A stretch of 64,000 nt of DNA. It comes from Tubulanus polymorphus. Taxonomy: Eukaryota; Animalia; Nemertea. The notes beneath the pieces are model-generated. The model worked only from the letters and a program-made list of their open reading frames with translations, was not told the origin of the DNA and searched no databases. Shown here in pieces: positions 30,201 to 43,023 of this stretch. Each line of letters starts with the position of its first letter. Positions within the stretch are counted from its first letter, which is position 1. The stretch spans positions 22,624,950 through 22,688,949 of the forward strand of contig NC_134029.1 in NCBI RefSeq assembly GCF_964204645.1, read 5' to 3'. Position numbers and translations under genes: made by a program.

Positions 30201-32789
30201 AACGTAAATAATACTGTACCTATGTGGTGTCTTTGAGGTTGGCCTTTGATGTAAAAGGCTCGTAAGAAATAAAGAATATGTTTATCGTAGTCGTCTTACC
30301 AGCTACACTGGTCCGGATTGATATTACCGTCACAGGCCCGCCAAATATATTTGGCAATCCTTACCGGTACTTTCTCCACGGAAAATAAGCGACCTACAGT
30401 GGAGACAGAATAAACCCGAATTTCACAAATGATTTAGAGGCCTGAACATCAAATATAGAAGGCAGAAACAAGATGAACGCCAAGAAAACAAGATTCCATC
30501 ACGTCTAAAAATGAACTCAATGACAAGGCGGAATGATAGAATTATATATTATACGTACATATCATTTCAAAAAGGTTATGTAATGTTCGCTCCGGTGTGA
30601 AAATATAACGGAAATTATTTCAAACATCGGATCTGACTCATATATTACAAAGGCGTGTTCTAATAAATGTATTGTATTTCGACAAGCAAACTTAACCATT
30701 TACCACATGATTGAATGCATCAATTTATACCTGGTAAAGGTTGACTTTTCAGACAGCTATTCAGTCGACTCGTCATCTCTTTCCAGACTCTCGTATCTGG
30801 GATTTTTGTCGCCTGGATTCAGACGTAACGGCATCACATTGACAAATGCCAGTTCCGTGGGAGTTCTCGTGTTGTATCTTTCGACTGAGCACCAAAGCCT
30901 AAACGAGGGGCAATTCAATTTCATAGCATCATCACGACAAATTATTAACGAGATAATTTTTTCGCTACATAATTCGAAACAAACCTCAGGCCTTTGACGT
31001 AAGCGGCTGGAGAATCTCCGTTGCGAAAAATGCATTCGTTCGTTGTAAAACGTGGTGAATGTGCGACACTTTCTTCTCGACGGTTTCGCAGCTTCTCATT
31101 GTTACATTCGGATGCGATGAAATCCAACTATTCGCTCTTTTGACAACTTCGCTGAAATAATTCATTACGTCATGGTATAGATATAGATTAAAAAGCGAGT
31201 GATTTAATTTTTGAAAATGAATCGCCTGAAAATACAATATCGTTGTTATACTACTTACTCAAACGAATCGAACGGGGCCTGTTAAACTTCTTCCGATTTA
31301 TTGTAACAGCGCGGCCACACGTCGACGTACGCAAACCTGTCAGTAGGGGGCACTACCGATTCGTACGCAGGGGGCGCGCTGGTAGTTACCTCGCTGAGAC
31401 CCTCGTGAACGCTAGATTTACCACCAGATTTTCCGCAATATTTCAGAGGTGATGAACTGTTTCGGCGTTGAAGTAGTCGGTTTCCTCTGGTCGGAGATCT
31501 GTTCGGAGAACGGTTAGCCATCGCTCACGACTACTCGAGCAAAAAATAAAAAGAAATTTACACGCTATAAATTTTCAAACGATTCTTTTCGATTGCTCTC
31601 ATCATTCGACCTGAGGGACTGAAGCAGGTTAACAACGAGTTATAATATAGTGTACACCACGCTTGAGTTGATTTTTTTTTCGCTTGTTGAACCAAAGTCG
31701 TCTATACACTTATTCAGCAGGATGCTTAAAATATTTACAGTCTCGTTAAGAAGGCTAAATACAACAATTTCTACAGCAGTTTCTTACGTCGGTTTATTCA
31801 ATCCAGGCGCCTCTGCTTGTGCCACTAAATTATCCCCTTCGTTAAGGTAAAAATGACAGGTGAAAGAAGAACTAGCTAAATTCTATTTCTAGAGTGTGGA
31901 AATTATTTATATAATTTGCCAATTGGTCAATTGCTTATTTGATCGAAATACACTTTTTTCTCCAAAACTGTTCAATTATTTAACAAATTTATCCAACAGG
32001 AAGGTGGTCTCGTGCTAGCCACTGATCCGTATAACATATTGAAACCGTTCGTTGTCAGATGATGGTTGAAGGCTTGTTAGTTCAGCTTGCTATAACTTAT
32101 AGAAAAACTTCGTTCGCGGAATCCGTTATAACAAGATTGGGATCTCGTTTAAAGCGTGCCAGAATAGCTGTAACTATGATTCGCGCTCGATGATGGTTAC
32201 AACATGTTCTTATTCCACGCGGAGTTGCTGAATCTAAATATCAGACGTTTTATATATGAGCATTATTGCGGATTCATTCCCGGAAAAGAGAAATAAATAG
32301 CTACCGAATCTCAGACACGCGTCAAAAAAGCCCTCTTGTTTATATTTATATATACATGTATTTTTTATTTGAATGCACGTGAAAACCTTAAAGTGTTTTG
32401 CATGTCTCTCCGGAAGTCGAATAGCCTACGTCGCTTTTAGACAATTTTTCTGATAACTGCAGTTGACTTAAATTGCTGTAAAGGGAGATTAATGCTTACG
32501 GGTTTAGATCTTCCAGTAAATGATTTATGGCTTTTCAGACTATTCTAAAAATACTCGTGAATTCTATCGGTCATTCTACTATTCTAATGCATACGCTAAA
32601 CAGATAAAAGCAATTGGCGATGATTATAAAAGAAACGCTACAAATCTATTTTGGTTTATGTCGTTATTATTGGGTTTTTGGGAAATTTGGTAATTTTTGA
32701 ACGTTTAGAACTACTCAAATTACAAACCGATTTCGAAAAAGTGATCATTTGAAAAAAATTAAATTTACCTTTATATCACCGGGTTTATG

Positions 32790-33400
32790 TCGCTGCCATC
32801 CAATGTTTTCACAAAATCTAAGTTGGCACAAACGGCGGTTCGTTATCCATCTGCGCGGGGATGGTCCTTCGATGTAGAAATCTTTGTTTCCTGAAGTTCT
32901 TGACTTAGAGGCTCAATATATTCTCCTCAAGACCTTTCTGTCTACTAAACTAAGCTCTATATCAAATATTGTTTGATTTCTAATGCTCCGATGTATTTGT
33001 AGGCCGTGATTTTCAAGATGTGAATCGGCAACGCGCCTTCATGAGCAGTTTACTTCTTTACAGCTGATAATACTGTTTATCCGAGAAAAGATCCTATTCC
33101 CCTCTCCGCTCGCTAGCTGTGATACAACCGCTGTTTTCTATATTTACTGGATAATCGGAGACCTAGCTTACCGTAAACTTCACCTGTAACATCGCTACAC
33201 GAGTTCACTTGCAGATTTAACAACTTATAACCTTCAGGTGCATCTATATACATCAACTATCATTCAACCAGTCTCTATTATCTTAGCTGAAGATCTACGT
33301 ACCTCCATAACTCAGTAGCCGCTCCTCATTCGGTTCTGGATATCACGCCCTTTGGCAGTTTGATTTTAACTTGAAATGGTCTAAATTATTCATAAGATAT
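32790..33400 (-). mobile_element. Decayed non-LTR retrotransposon (RTE/L2-like) RT C-terminal fragment
   Basis: Minus-strand fragments in the expected order: DIQNRMRSG (cf. EI..RI..A), I*KTAVVSQLASGE (cf. IYKT.V.P.L.YG.E), ELSLVDRKVLRRIY* (cf. L..FERK.LRRI.G). Broken by stops and frameshifts. Confidence 0.4.
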
Positions 33401-33944
33401 CCTCTGTAAATCTCAGACAGATGAGGCAAAAAATAATTTTCAATTCTCACTGCTATGAATCATGCCAAGGAAGCAATTATCGAGAAAATGAAAAAGAATA
33501 TATATTATTATATATACATATATATTTATGGAGACATTTATTGAAGAAAGCTTTCTCAATTGGTTATCATAAGTGGTGATACAATTGGTAAGTATAAGTT
33601 CGTATCTGAACAAGGCGTTGTCAATTAGCGTAACATGATTTCGTGCCCTTTGGTTTACTTGTACATATGTGATATGTGTCTATGATTAATCTCACGACGA
33701 GAACTGCCCTCTGCAACTCAGCAGCAGCAGCAGCAGTCGCACAGATAACAAATTAAACAGGATGCTCACGACATTGTTGTGTATCATCGTGACAAACGCG
33801 TCACAAACGACATCTCAACCAGACGAAAAGAACCGAAAGCATGAAACGCAGTACGAATACGTTTTGAGAAATATACAACGAATACACGCTATATAAGCAT
33901 TTTTCAAACTCACAATCGCGGATTATTCGTTCATTTGTTCGAAA

Positions 33945-35816
33945 ATGGAAATATTCAGCATGTTAGATAAAGCTGGAGTTGGGATGGCGGTGGCGATTTT
34001 CGGAATTAGCGCTGTAGCCATCGTCGGGAATATCATCGTAATCGTTGTCATTACCAAATCGAAAATAATGATGAAGAAAATCACGTCGATATTTGTGATT
34101 AATCTAGCCGTCTGCGACTTGTTGCTCGGCGCGTTTGTGATACCGTGTATATTGTGGAATATTGTAAATAATATCAAAGAGATGGACCGGGTAAGAAAAT
34201 AGCAATCATTTTCTTGAATGTTTTCCTGCGTTTCACTGTGTGGCCATGTACGTATAAACATATTTGATATATAGATTTATGAACTTTAAAAATTCAATAT
34301 TTTTCTACATTTTTCGACTCAAATGGGCCTACGAGCAATTATTTGAGATGATTGCTCGTAGAATGGGCTTAAGATACGAAGACATATTTAACTGGAGCTG
34401 TTATGTATATATACATGATGTACTAGATTAATTTCGAGCCATTGTCAATGTTCCTGTTGATGCGGGCGTTGTCAACTCAAAGATTACTTTGAAACTGCGC
34501 GTTCAGCATGGTGCTAAATCCTTCACACATACACGTACAACGCTTATAGGATCATTAAATCGTCATCATCGATACGTAAATAAAACTCTAATGAAATGTT
34601 TGTATTCTTTGTATTCTAGGCGTTTTGCGTTGCACAGGCGTTTCTGTTGAATTCGTTACCGGTATGTTCAGCTCTGACCGTGGTAGCCATAGCCGTCGAC
34701 AGGTACCAAGCTATTATTCATTGTCTTGAATACACGTCTAAGAAACAAATACCTTACGCGATGAAAAAACTATCGTGGGCTTGGTGCCACGCGGTGGCCT
34801 GCAGTTTACCGCCAATTTTCAACTGGGGCCACGTTTCTTACAAAAGGAATCAATTCGCGTGTTTAATGGAATGGACCGGTAGTTACGGGTTGTTTATGGT
34901 CCTTGTTTGTTTCATGGGGCCGGTGGTGATTATAGTGTATTGTTATATGCGAGTGATACGTGTTGCCCGTCTGCACGCCCGACGAATAACTGACATCAAT
35001 CTCCAGTTACGCATTCATCGTGAACGCGGTAGTTCATCATTAACGCTTGATGGCGCACTGGCTCGGTCTTGCATCGATGGACCATTACGCAGTGCCGGAC
35101 TATTTGATATCGGGCCCCTGAACGTGCTTATCCAACAGGAAGCCAGTTCTAATTTGTGCGCTACCTACCCTTGTGAAATGAACGCTAGAATGACAGAAAC
35201 GAATCAAACTAAAGCTATATTACGTTTGGTGATTTTGGTAATTGTTTATCTTGTTTGCTGGCTTCCATACGTGAGCGTTCATCTTCATCTTATCATACAC
35301 GAAAGTGTCGAAGTTACTAAGGAATTAGAGCCGTATGTGACGGCGTCGTTGTTGCTTATTTTAGCATCGAGCGCTGTAAACCCGATCATCTACTCTGTCG
35401 CGAACGACAGACAGTTCCGACACGCGTTACGCAAAGTGTTTCGCGTGCGACGGTCGCGGACGGCTACGGTTACACCGCGATGTGTTACCACGACGAGTCA
35501 GCGTGTTCAAAATTCGTGCGGTCGCGGAATTACACCCGCTGATCCTGCCATCACTGAGAGTAACGACGTCGTTCATCAAGAAGCGGCGGCCACTGCGCGT
35601 ACGTTGACATTTTCAGAAAATATCGTCCATCGTTCAACCGCGCCGAGTAACCGGCGCCTGACCAAAACAACAGTTACCGTTGAAATTGATAATGAACAGC
35701 GCGTAGATCACGGGCGTGAAGAAGTCGTATTGAATCCGTGCTTACTTCTACCAAACACCACAAAAACACACGTGAAAGTCGTTCATTTCGCCGATGACAA
35801 TCGAAGTGACGCGTAA
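33945..35816 (+). CDS. Rhodopsin-like (class A) orphan GPCR, loosely GPR161/amine-receptor-like; exons 33945-34190 and 34620-35816
   Basis: TM1 GNxxV, TM2 NLAVCD, TM3 DRY, TM4 W...SLPP, TM5 P..II.YCY, TM6 CWLP, TM7 NPIIY, helix 8 FRHALRKVF. Confidence 0.92.
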
Positions 35817-35949
35817 CATTAAAGAGATAAAAATCATACATATGCGTTAAACTAATCTTTTATTTTTGAGACCTATCATGATGAAATTACAAGTGATATT
35901 CAACAGTATTCAAAACTTCGAACAGCTGCTCAAAATGTGCATTTAACAA

Positions 35950-37770
35950 TCACACCCATTTAAACCTGACGGGGGTTTTAGCCCTGGCGATACTGTTTGC
36001 GGTCGGTATGCTCTTTCTGGAACCCATGAATCGTGCGTGTTGTTGACGAGACAGTTTAGGTTTAGGTTTTATTTTTGGAGATTGCGGTTCATCGACGATT
36101 TGCGAGACAGATTCGGACGGTAACTCCGGCTCTTCTGAGGTAGACCGATGTTGTTCAATACTGGTGTTGATTGATTCCAATATATTGTGTTTATGGGAAT
36201 TACGTCGACTGGCTGCTCTTGACTTGACCGCTTTCCCGGGTAGAGACATTCTCCGTTTGTTGATGATCGCATTCTGAAGAGACTGCGCCAACTGAACCGG
36301 TGATTTCTCTTCGTAAAAATCCTCAACTATCTCCGGACTAGTTTTCACATTGTGAACAGCTTCTAGTTTTTCAAGCGTGCCGTGAAGTTCGCTGAATTCG
36401 GTTTCTAAACTATTCACATCGCTCGTAAGACCGTCGAGTTCTGCCTTCAACTGCGCGTACGAATTTTCACTTTCTGCACTTATTTCCAATAGCCGTTGTC
36501 TTTCCGACTCTTTCGTGTTGTAATTCTTCTCGGCGTTCGAGAATTGTTTACCGACGTCCGTCAGTTGGTTGTCCAAGTAGCGAAGCTGATTTAATATCTT
36601 CGAACGTTTCGATTGAAGCGAATAATTCCGTTTAAGTTGTGAAATGCTGATTTTCAAGAAATCGGCCATGCTTTCTTTCTGTTGTAGTTCTACGGATTTG
36701 TTGTGTTTTTCTCTCTGAAATATCAGCAGTTGTTGTTCCAAGACCACCAGATCTGTCTCCATTTTGCGCAGTTTATTTTTGTTCGCTTCGCAAGACGCCT
36801 GGGCGGTTTTCAGCGCGTCGGCAGTTTTAATCTTCGTGCTCCTTTGATGGCGAAGATTTTCCGCTTTTTTGAGACTAAGGGAGCGCACTTCGGCGATATG
36901 CAAATTAATCTCGTTGACGTACGTCTGATCCCTGTTCACCCAATCACGTGATATAGCGCACATACATTCCAACTTGGAGACGACTTCGGGGAAAATCCGC
37001 ACTACTGGGAAACAGTCCCATTCGCAACCGTTCATCAGCCCGTCGAGTTTAACATCGTTCTGCCTGAATAAATTCGCTTTTATCCCGTGATTGAAACTTT
37101 TAATCAGAATCTGCACTTCCATGATCTCCGTACTTAAATCCCCCATGAATTTGAATGTTTCCTCTCTGTATTTTTCCGATAATTCGACCGAACTTTCGTC
37201 CAGACTACCGCTGAGACACCCGCGTTTTAGTCGCCGGAAAACTCTCGTTTTAAACTTGTTTTTCAACGAGTTCGCCTCGTCCAGCGAGTTTTTCAAATTC
37301 TCCCAAAATTCGGTAATAAACGCTAACGACTTCTGGTCCGGTTTTGGGTCGCCTTGACACATTCGTAAGTTGTTCAACATTGTAAGGATTTTAGACTCGC
37401 TGTTTATCAGTTCAGGTTCCACCGAATTCACGAGCAAGATGTCGGAGCATTTAATGAATTGGTCACTTACAGTTTTGAGATATTCGCGTTCTTTATAAAC
37501 CGGTTGATCGTTAGTGTCGTCACTGCCGATCGCTGAGTATGGCGACTTATCCGTTTCAACCCACACCGTTGTCAACATGCTTTCCTCCCCTACCATGTAG
37601 AAATGGGTTTTCAACCGATAGATATCCGCTTCTATGTCGCTGATTATCTTTCGTAGGTTGTTCAAAGCTTTCGTATAGTCAGTTTCATCAGCGAATCCGC
37701 TGTCTACGGACATGCTCGGCTCTCTGCTGCCTTCAGTCAGGAAAACATTGTACACGGGACTGCGACTCAT
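35950..37770 (-). CDS. Uncharacterised 606-aa coiled-coil protein, intronless CDS
   Basis: 1821-bp uninterrupted ORF; a long E/K/L/Q heptad-rich segment (~aa 290-470); Ser/Pro/Lys-rich tail. Probable 5'-UTR splice acceptor near 37813. Confidence 0.85.
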   Translation of the reverse strand: MSRSPVYNVFLTEGSREPSMSVDSGFADETDYTKALNNLRKIISDIEADIYRLKTHFYMVGEESMLTTVWVETDKSPYSAIGSDDTNDQPVYKEREYLKTVSDQFIKCSDILLVNSVEPELINSESKILTMLNNLRMCQGDPKPDQKSLAFITEFWENLKNSLDEANSLKNKFKTRVFRRLKRGCLSGSLDESSVELSEKYREETFKFMGDLSTEIMEVQILIKSFNHGIKANLFRQNDVKLDGLMNGCEWDCFPVVRIFPEVVSKLECMCAISRDWVNRDQTYVNEINLHIAEVRSLSLKKAENLRHQRSTKIKTADALKTAQASCEANKNKLRKMETDLVVLEQQLLIFQREKHNKSVELQQKESMADFLKISISQLKRNYSLQSKRSKILNQLRYLDNQLTDVGKQFSNAEKNYNTKESERQRLLEISAESENSYAQLKAELDGLTSDVNSLETEFSELHGTLEKLEAVHNVKTSPEIVEDFYEEKSPVQLAQSLQNAIINKRRMSLPGKAVKSRAASRRNSHKHNILESINTSIEQHRSTSEEPELPSESVSQIVDEPQSPKIKPKPKLSRQQHARFMGSRKSIPTANSIARAKTPVRFKWV

Positions 37771-39690
37771 CGTTGCGTCGAGACGACCACACTTCCCGTT
37801 AATGGAATTAATCTGCGTGAAAGGAAAAGCGAATACGTGTTAATATATTGGATGTGCTCTCCTGTCGTGTCGTTGAAAGGTGTATTTCCGATGATGATTA
37901 ATGCAAATTTAGCGTGCCCCCTCAGTAAAAATCCATCCAGAAACATTAAGTATACATACTGATATTCTATGGTATGGTATACGTAATTTTATACAGATAT
38001 TTTCAAAAGTACATAAACTTTATGTATTTTCGATATCTTATATAGAATCTTTGATGTTTTTCTTTTCGATGTATCGATTAGAGACTTGACTTCATGTTTG
38101 ATTTCGTACCAACTCATTTAGGAAATATCACGTATTGGTATGGTATGTATGTGAAAATATCCGCATAATTCTGTCAAAATATAAAAGTAAATACACGTTC
38201 TTTATGGTTGCTAATGATATGGTACGTACCTGCGAGTTGTATGTTTTTACGCTTTCCGTTGTCTCTGTTAACGAAGGCGTTTATATACAAGCATATGCAT
38301 ATAAACACAAGAATGACTTATTTCGAAATAGAAAATTCGCAATTATTTCGTATCAAAATCTAAATTAAACCATTTTCCAGATATATGCGTCACCGATGAG
38401 TTTCTGAAAATAAACTCCCGAGACAACGCGCCTTAGAAGACAAACCGCAAATAGACCAATACACCAAAACTCAAGTTATATATATTGTGAATAGATTTTA
38501 GCTTGTATACCGGAATCGAAGAAAGTTGTACTGGTTTTGCTTGTGTCACCCGGGGTATTAATTGTGCATACTTCATTAGAGACAATATTTGGTTGGCGTT
38601 CTACCGTTTGCCGATGTGGTTAGAACGCATTCTTTCAAACAAATACGGCATTCTTCTATTCACCTGTTGTCCCGGGCGGAGATCTATAGCACTACGTACT
38701 TTCAATAATATTCCAGATAATATAACGATTGAAATTCAATAGTTTACTTTCCTGTTACCCGGCACCCACAAAAGAAAGGGCTTGATCCATAAAAAAACCC
38801 ATTTCATTCATTAGCTGTTTATATAAACTGCACGTAAACTTTCAACTCTTGTTCTTAGATTAATGGTCAAAATGTCAACAGGTACTTTTTTCAATTAAAA
38901 GATCGCCAATATTGTTTGATTCGGCTATATTTGTAAATGTTAAAAAACAGATTTTGGAGCAGATTGCGATTTAATGATCAATAAATTCCAATTACTTTCT
39001 TTCAATCGTTAGTCCTTTCGATTTACATATTCGGAAGAGATTCCCAGCACATAGATGCAGCGTTTTATGCTACGCAGTATTATGGGCCCCTTTGTGAAAT
39101 AACGTTCAGGTGTGAAGCCAATGTGGAGGGCTGTGGAAAATACTTTAATTCTAGGACTATTTCACAGCTTAAGTTTAGTCTGTTTAAAGACTAAGGTGGT
39201 GAATTTCAACGTCAAAAACCTGATCGGAAAATATCGTAGGGCACGCGAGATTTAGACCGCATTGGGGAATACGGCCTGGATCCACTCCTGTAACCACCCA
39301 CAATTAAACACGAAAACTTAAAACACGTTTAAGAATGCAACAGTATACATGTTATTATTTTATTTGTCTTTATATAAATAACAAGGTGTCATAATTATAT
39401 ATATAATACACTATAGTCTAATATTTGAAATACTACACGATGTAGTGTGTATCATTATGATGCGATAATATATTCATATGACGTAATAGTAGGTAATTTA
39501 CATACGTAGATATCAAGAGTAAAACAATCGATTGAAAAACCCGACCAAAAAAAAAAACATAAACGTTCTTTCTTCCCCGGCAACACCTGAGAGATAGGAA
39601 CCAATCTTAACAACAATTCATCGTTTAGAGATTAAATTGGACATCGGAAATTCAGCCAGGTAAATATGTTACCCGAACATTCGTGATATC

Positions 39691-39887
39691 TGAGGAAAAT
39701 TCCACAATAAATGAATTTATCTAAAAAGTCTATTTGAAAATTAAGAAATATTTCGGGTGGTTGCTACCACCCTTCTTCAGTCTACGATGACAGTCCAAAT
39801 AAGGGCATATTTGGCAAGTCATTTTAGACAAGAAGATAGCGACTATAAACTTTTAAGATCAATTCATTTATTGTGGAATTTTACTCA
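39691..39887 (-). mobile_element. Short hammerhead-bearing insertion with inverted arms (Penelope-like/retrozyme-type), element 1
   Basis: 43-bp inverted arms at 39691-39733 and 39845-39887 (4 mismatches) around a hammerhead motif. Possible 9-bp duplication TCATCGTTT at 39618-39626 and 39885-39893. Confidence 0.65.
39744..39784 (-). ncRNA. Minimal type-I hammerhead ribozyme
   Basis: Minus strand AGA-CUGAAGA-A-GGGUGGU-AGCA-ACCACCC-GAAA-U-AUU|UCU: intact core, perfect 7-bp stem II, palindromic minimal stem III (AAUAUU), 3-bp stem I. Confidence 0.65.
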
Positions 39888-41964
39888 TCGTTTTATCGCG
39901 GATATCGTGATCTACAACTGATTTATTCGTGATATCTTCTCCTTTTTGTATGAATTTCGTTCATGATCTAGATTAGTGAGACATGATATGCAAATCACTC
40001 GAATTTCTCCGGTTCATTCTCCACGATTAAACCAACAACAGCGTTTTCAACTAATCATAGAAACATAAAACAATGACACTGACGCCGCCGTATCCGTAAA
40101 CAACGCCGTAAACAATCACATTACACATTATCTCGAAACAATCGAGAGAAAACAATATTCAACACGTTATTTCATAAGCAAAAACCTTCTTTAAACAATA
40201 AGTAACCTGTGGCTTAAAATATCTATAGTATAAAAAAATGTTTATAAATTAACAAAAATCCACAATAACATACGAACCGACGAAGTACACAGATTATAGA
40301 AATAACAATAGACTCTACTTAAAACCAGATATCAAGGGCAGTGGATAGTGGTAAGAAATGATGAGGTAATGGGGTATGCACATAATTTGCGTAAGTTTCA
40401 TTGAATTCTATCAACTCTGCACGCTCCATTTGACTAGTAAGTAGTTTAGTGACAGAAAATATCTTGACAAATGACTATCGCATCACATTACATTCTACCG
40501 AAAAAACGGTATTTTGTTACATCGTAACAAAATTTTCATCGTAACATTTATGAAAATGTTTCTGTTGCTTGGAAGAACGGGAACAGAATATCAGAGAAAA
40601 ATCTATGCGAGCTGATAATTTTACCAAGTAAGCCTAAATTCCGACAAACATGTACAAAACATCGCAATTAGATTTTTAAAGATGAATTTCAGTTGTGCGC
40701 GTGTCACGATACAAAGCATTTTTCACTTTTTCAAGAGCTACCGATTTCAAAAACGTCATACATGTATTTGTATTGCTATTTCATTCTGAATACGAACGCG
40801 ATGACAGGTTTAAAAAGTACTAAACGTACGTATTAACAGAACTCTCTCACAGATTGTAAGTAAATGCAAAATAAAAGCAGTTGAATCGAGATAGAAACAG
40901 TGACTAGACTCTAATAATCACAACTGTTAATTAAAAGTTGAACACGTTCTACAAAACGAGCATAAGGATTTACACACACACACACAGATAAGTTTCTAAG
41001 GAGTATGTTTGACTAGGATAACAATATAATCATCTTAAATACGATAAAACTTTCTTCGAGAAATACCGATATTACATTCTTTCCTTGAAAATTACAACTA
41101 AGTAATTTTGCCCCGAGTTAAGCCATAATCGCTTCTTTTATTTCATATTTTGATGTTTTGTTGAAATGACAACGTGCCACGCAATAGCGACCTCGAAACG
41201 GAAATATGTGACGCGATTGCTTATTCAGATATTGAAATAAGCCTGAATTTGTATCAAACAATGCGGTTAATTGATGAGATTATTCAACGAAGTTATGTAT
41301 TATCATTCACATTTCAACAATCCATGTATTTTTCGTTTAACTCAGTTCAATCTAATATTGAGTTACGACGGAGGAATGAACATGGTAATAATTTGACACA
41401 TTCAATAATTTCAACCCAGAAAAAAATTTCATTAATTGAACTTTAAACTTCCTCATAAAGAATTATGTATTGTACGATAAAAAGTAAAAGGACATACGTG
41501 TACACAGGAAAAAAGACGTCACAAATTTTTGGCCTTTTCTTCGAGAAGACTTCCCAACACATTACAAATCAGAATCTTTTAAAAGCATTATACGAATTAC
41601 TATATCCGTTCATCTTTGAAAACATACAGTTCCAAATGAGTTGCCAAAACTTACCGGAATATCTTAAGCCAACGAAAAAAAAAACCTTTCCATGCACGAC
41701 TCAATCATTCCACCACAATATCATATTCAAATTCAACACGAAAAGAATTCAAATCGGTAACAAAACTAAAAAGGATCTACATTGATAAGACATCGCAAAA
41801 AAAATCATCCCACCAGACAACGAGAGAAATTTGAACATTCGACGCCAACACGATACGAGAATGGATTGAATGAGATCTAAAATCATTGATTAAGACAGGA
41901 GCGTAGTTTGAGACGAGATATAAAAAATGTTTAACAATGATGAATATGGTACATACGTATAATT

Positions 41965-41967
<3 letters not shown>

Positions 41968-41996
<29 letters not shown>

Positions 41997-42017
41997 CATA
42001 TATACATATATACATAT

Positions 42018-42095
<78 letters not shown>
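41968..42095. repeat. (TA)n/(TACATA)n microsatellite
   Basis: Read directly from the sequence. Confidence 0.95.
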
Positions 42096-42097
<2 letters not shown>

Positions 42098-43023
42098 ATC
42101 CAATCAAAAGGTATATATATCGTCATAAAAGACAATGGCCACCTTCTTCATTTAATCCAAATAAAATGATGAATTAAATCTTTTCTTTTTTTTAGTCCAT
42201 AGGCGAATTCAAGTTCAATGCTGGATTTTTGATACAAATGCATTCCTATTCTCACTGCTGTTAAATGGAACGAAGACAGAATGTGTGCTAGTAAAATCTC
42301 CGTGGCCGAACACCGCCTCATTTCATACGTTTACACGTAATTAGTTTTCGAAGTAAATGCACATTTCTTCGAAAGCAATAAATCAACGATGACGATAGTG
42401 ACACAGACGTGGAAGTAAAAATGTCGAATTTGAATACCTTACACGACGTATCTCTTCACATAACCCGGTAACGCAGTAGTATCTACATAGATTGTCTTAA
42501 AAGTACAAGAGCATACGAGTCAGTAGTAATGACGATGATTTACTAAGAAGCAGCCCTTTAAAATGAATGTATAATCAACCACAGTTTCACCAAAGACTGG
42601 GCTTTTTTCTTGTTTAAGATAATGCCCCGTACACAAATCAATCAAACAATACCCTAGCACATGTCTACATCGAGATTCTTCCGAATATTCAAGTAAAGAT
42701 TCTTGTACAAAATACCCATATTCATCTTCTACCGTGATCTGATGATTCATGGCGACAGACTTCATCGTCAAATTGCTTCATTCCGCAGCCTACAACCGCG
42801 ACGTCTTCCACGTCGGGTTACATGTTTCGTTTTTCGTCTTTCGATGTTGAAATACGGATGAAGCCAATCTCTCGAGTAACACGCATACATTAAATATACC
42901 GCAGTGCCACGTATAAGATGACGAATGTTTGTGCAATCGGCTATAAACAGCCTGGTAGTAGTTTTATATATGATATATCGTTGGTCAGACAATACACTAG
43001 ATATGACTAGTCCCTGGAAGATT

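Noticed and set aside
33762-33896. Upstream ATG ORF before the GPCR and a nearby (CAG)6
   Set aside because: Terminates at TAA before the GPCR start; at most a uORF, with no supporting evidence.
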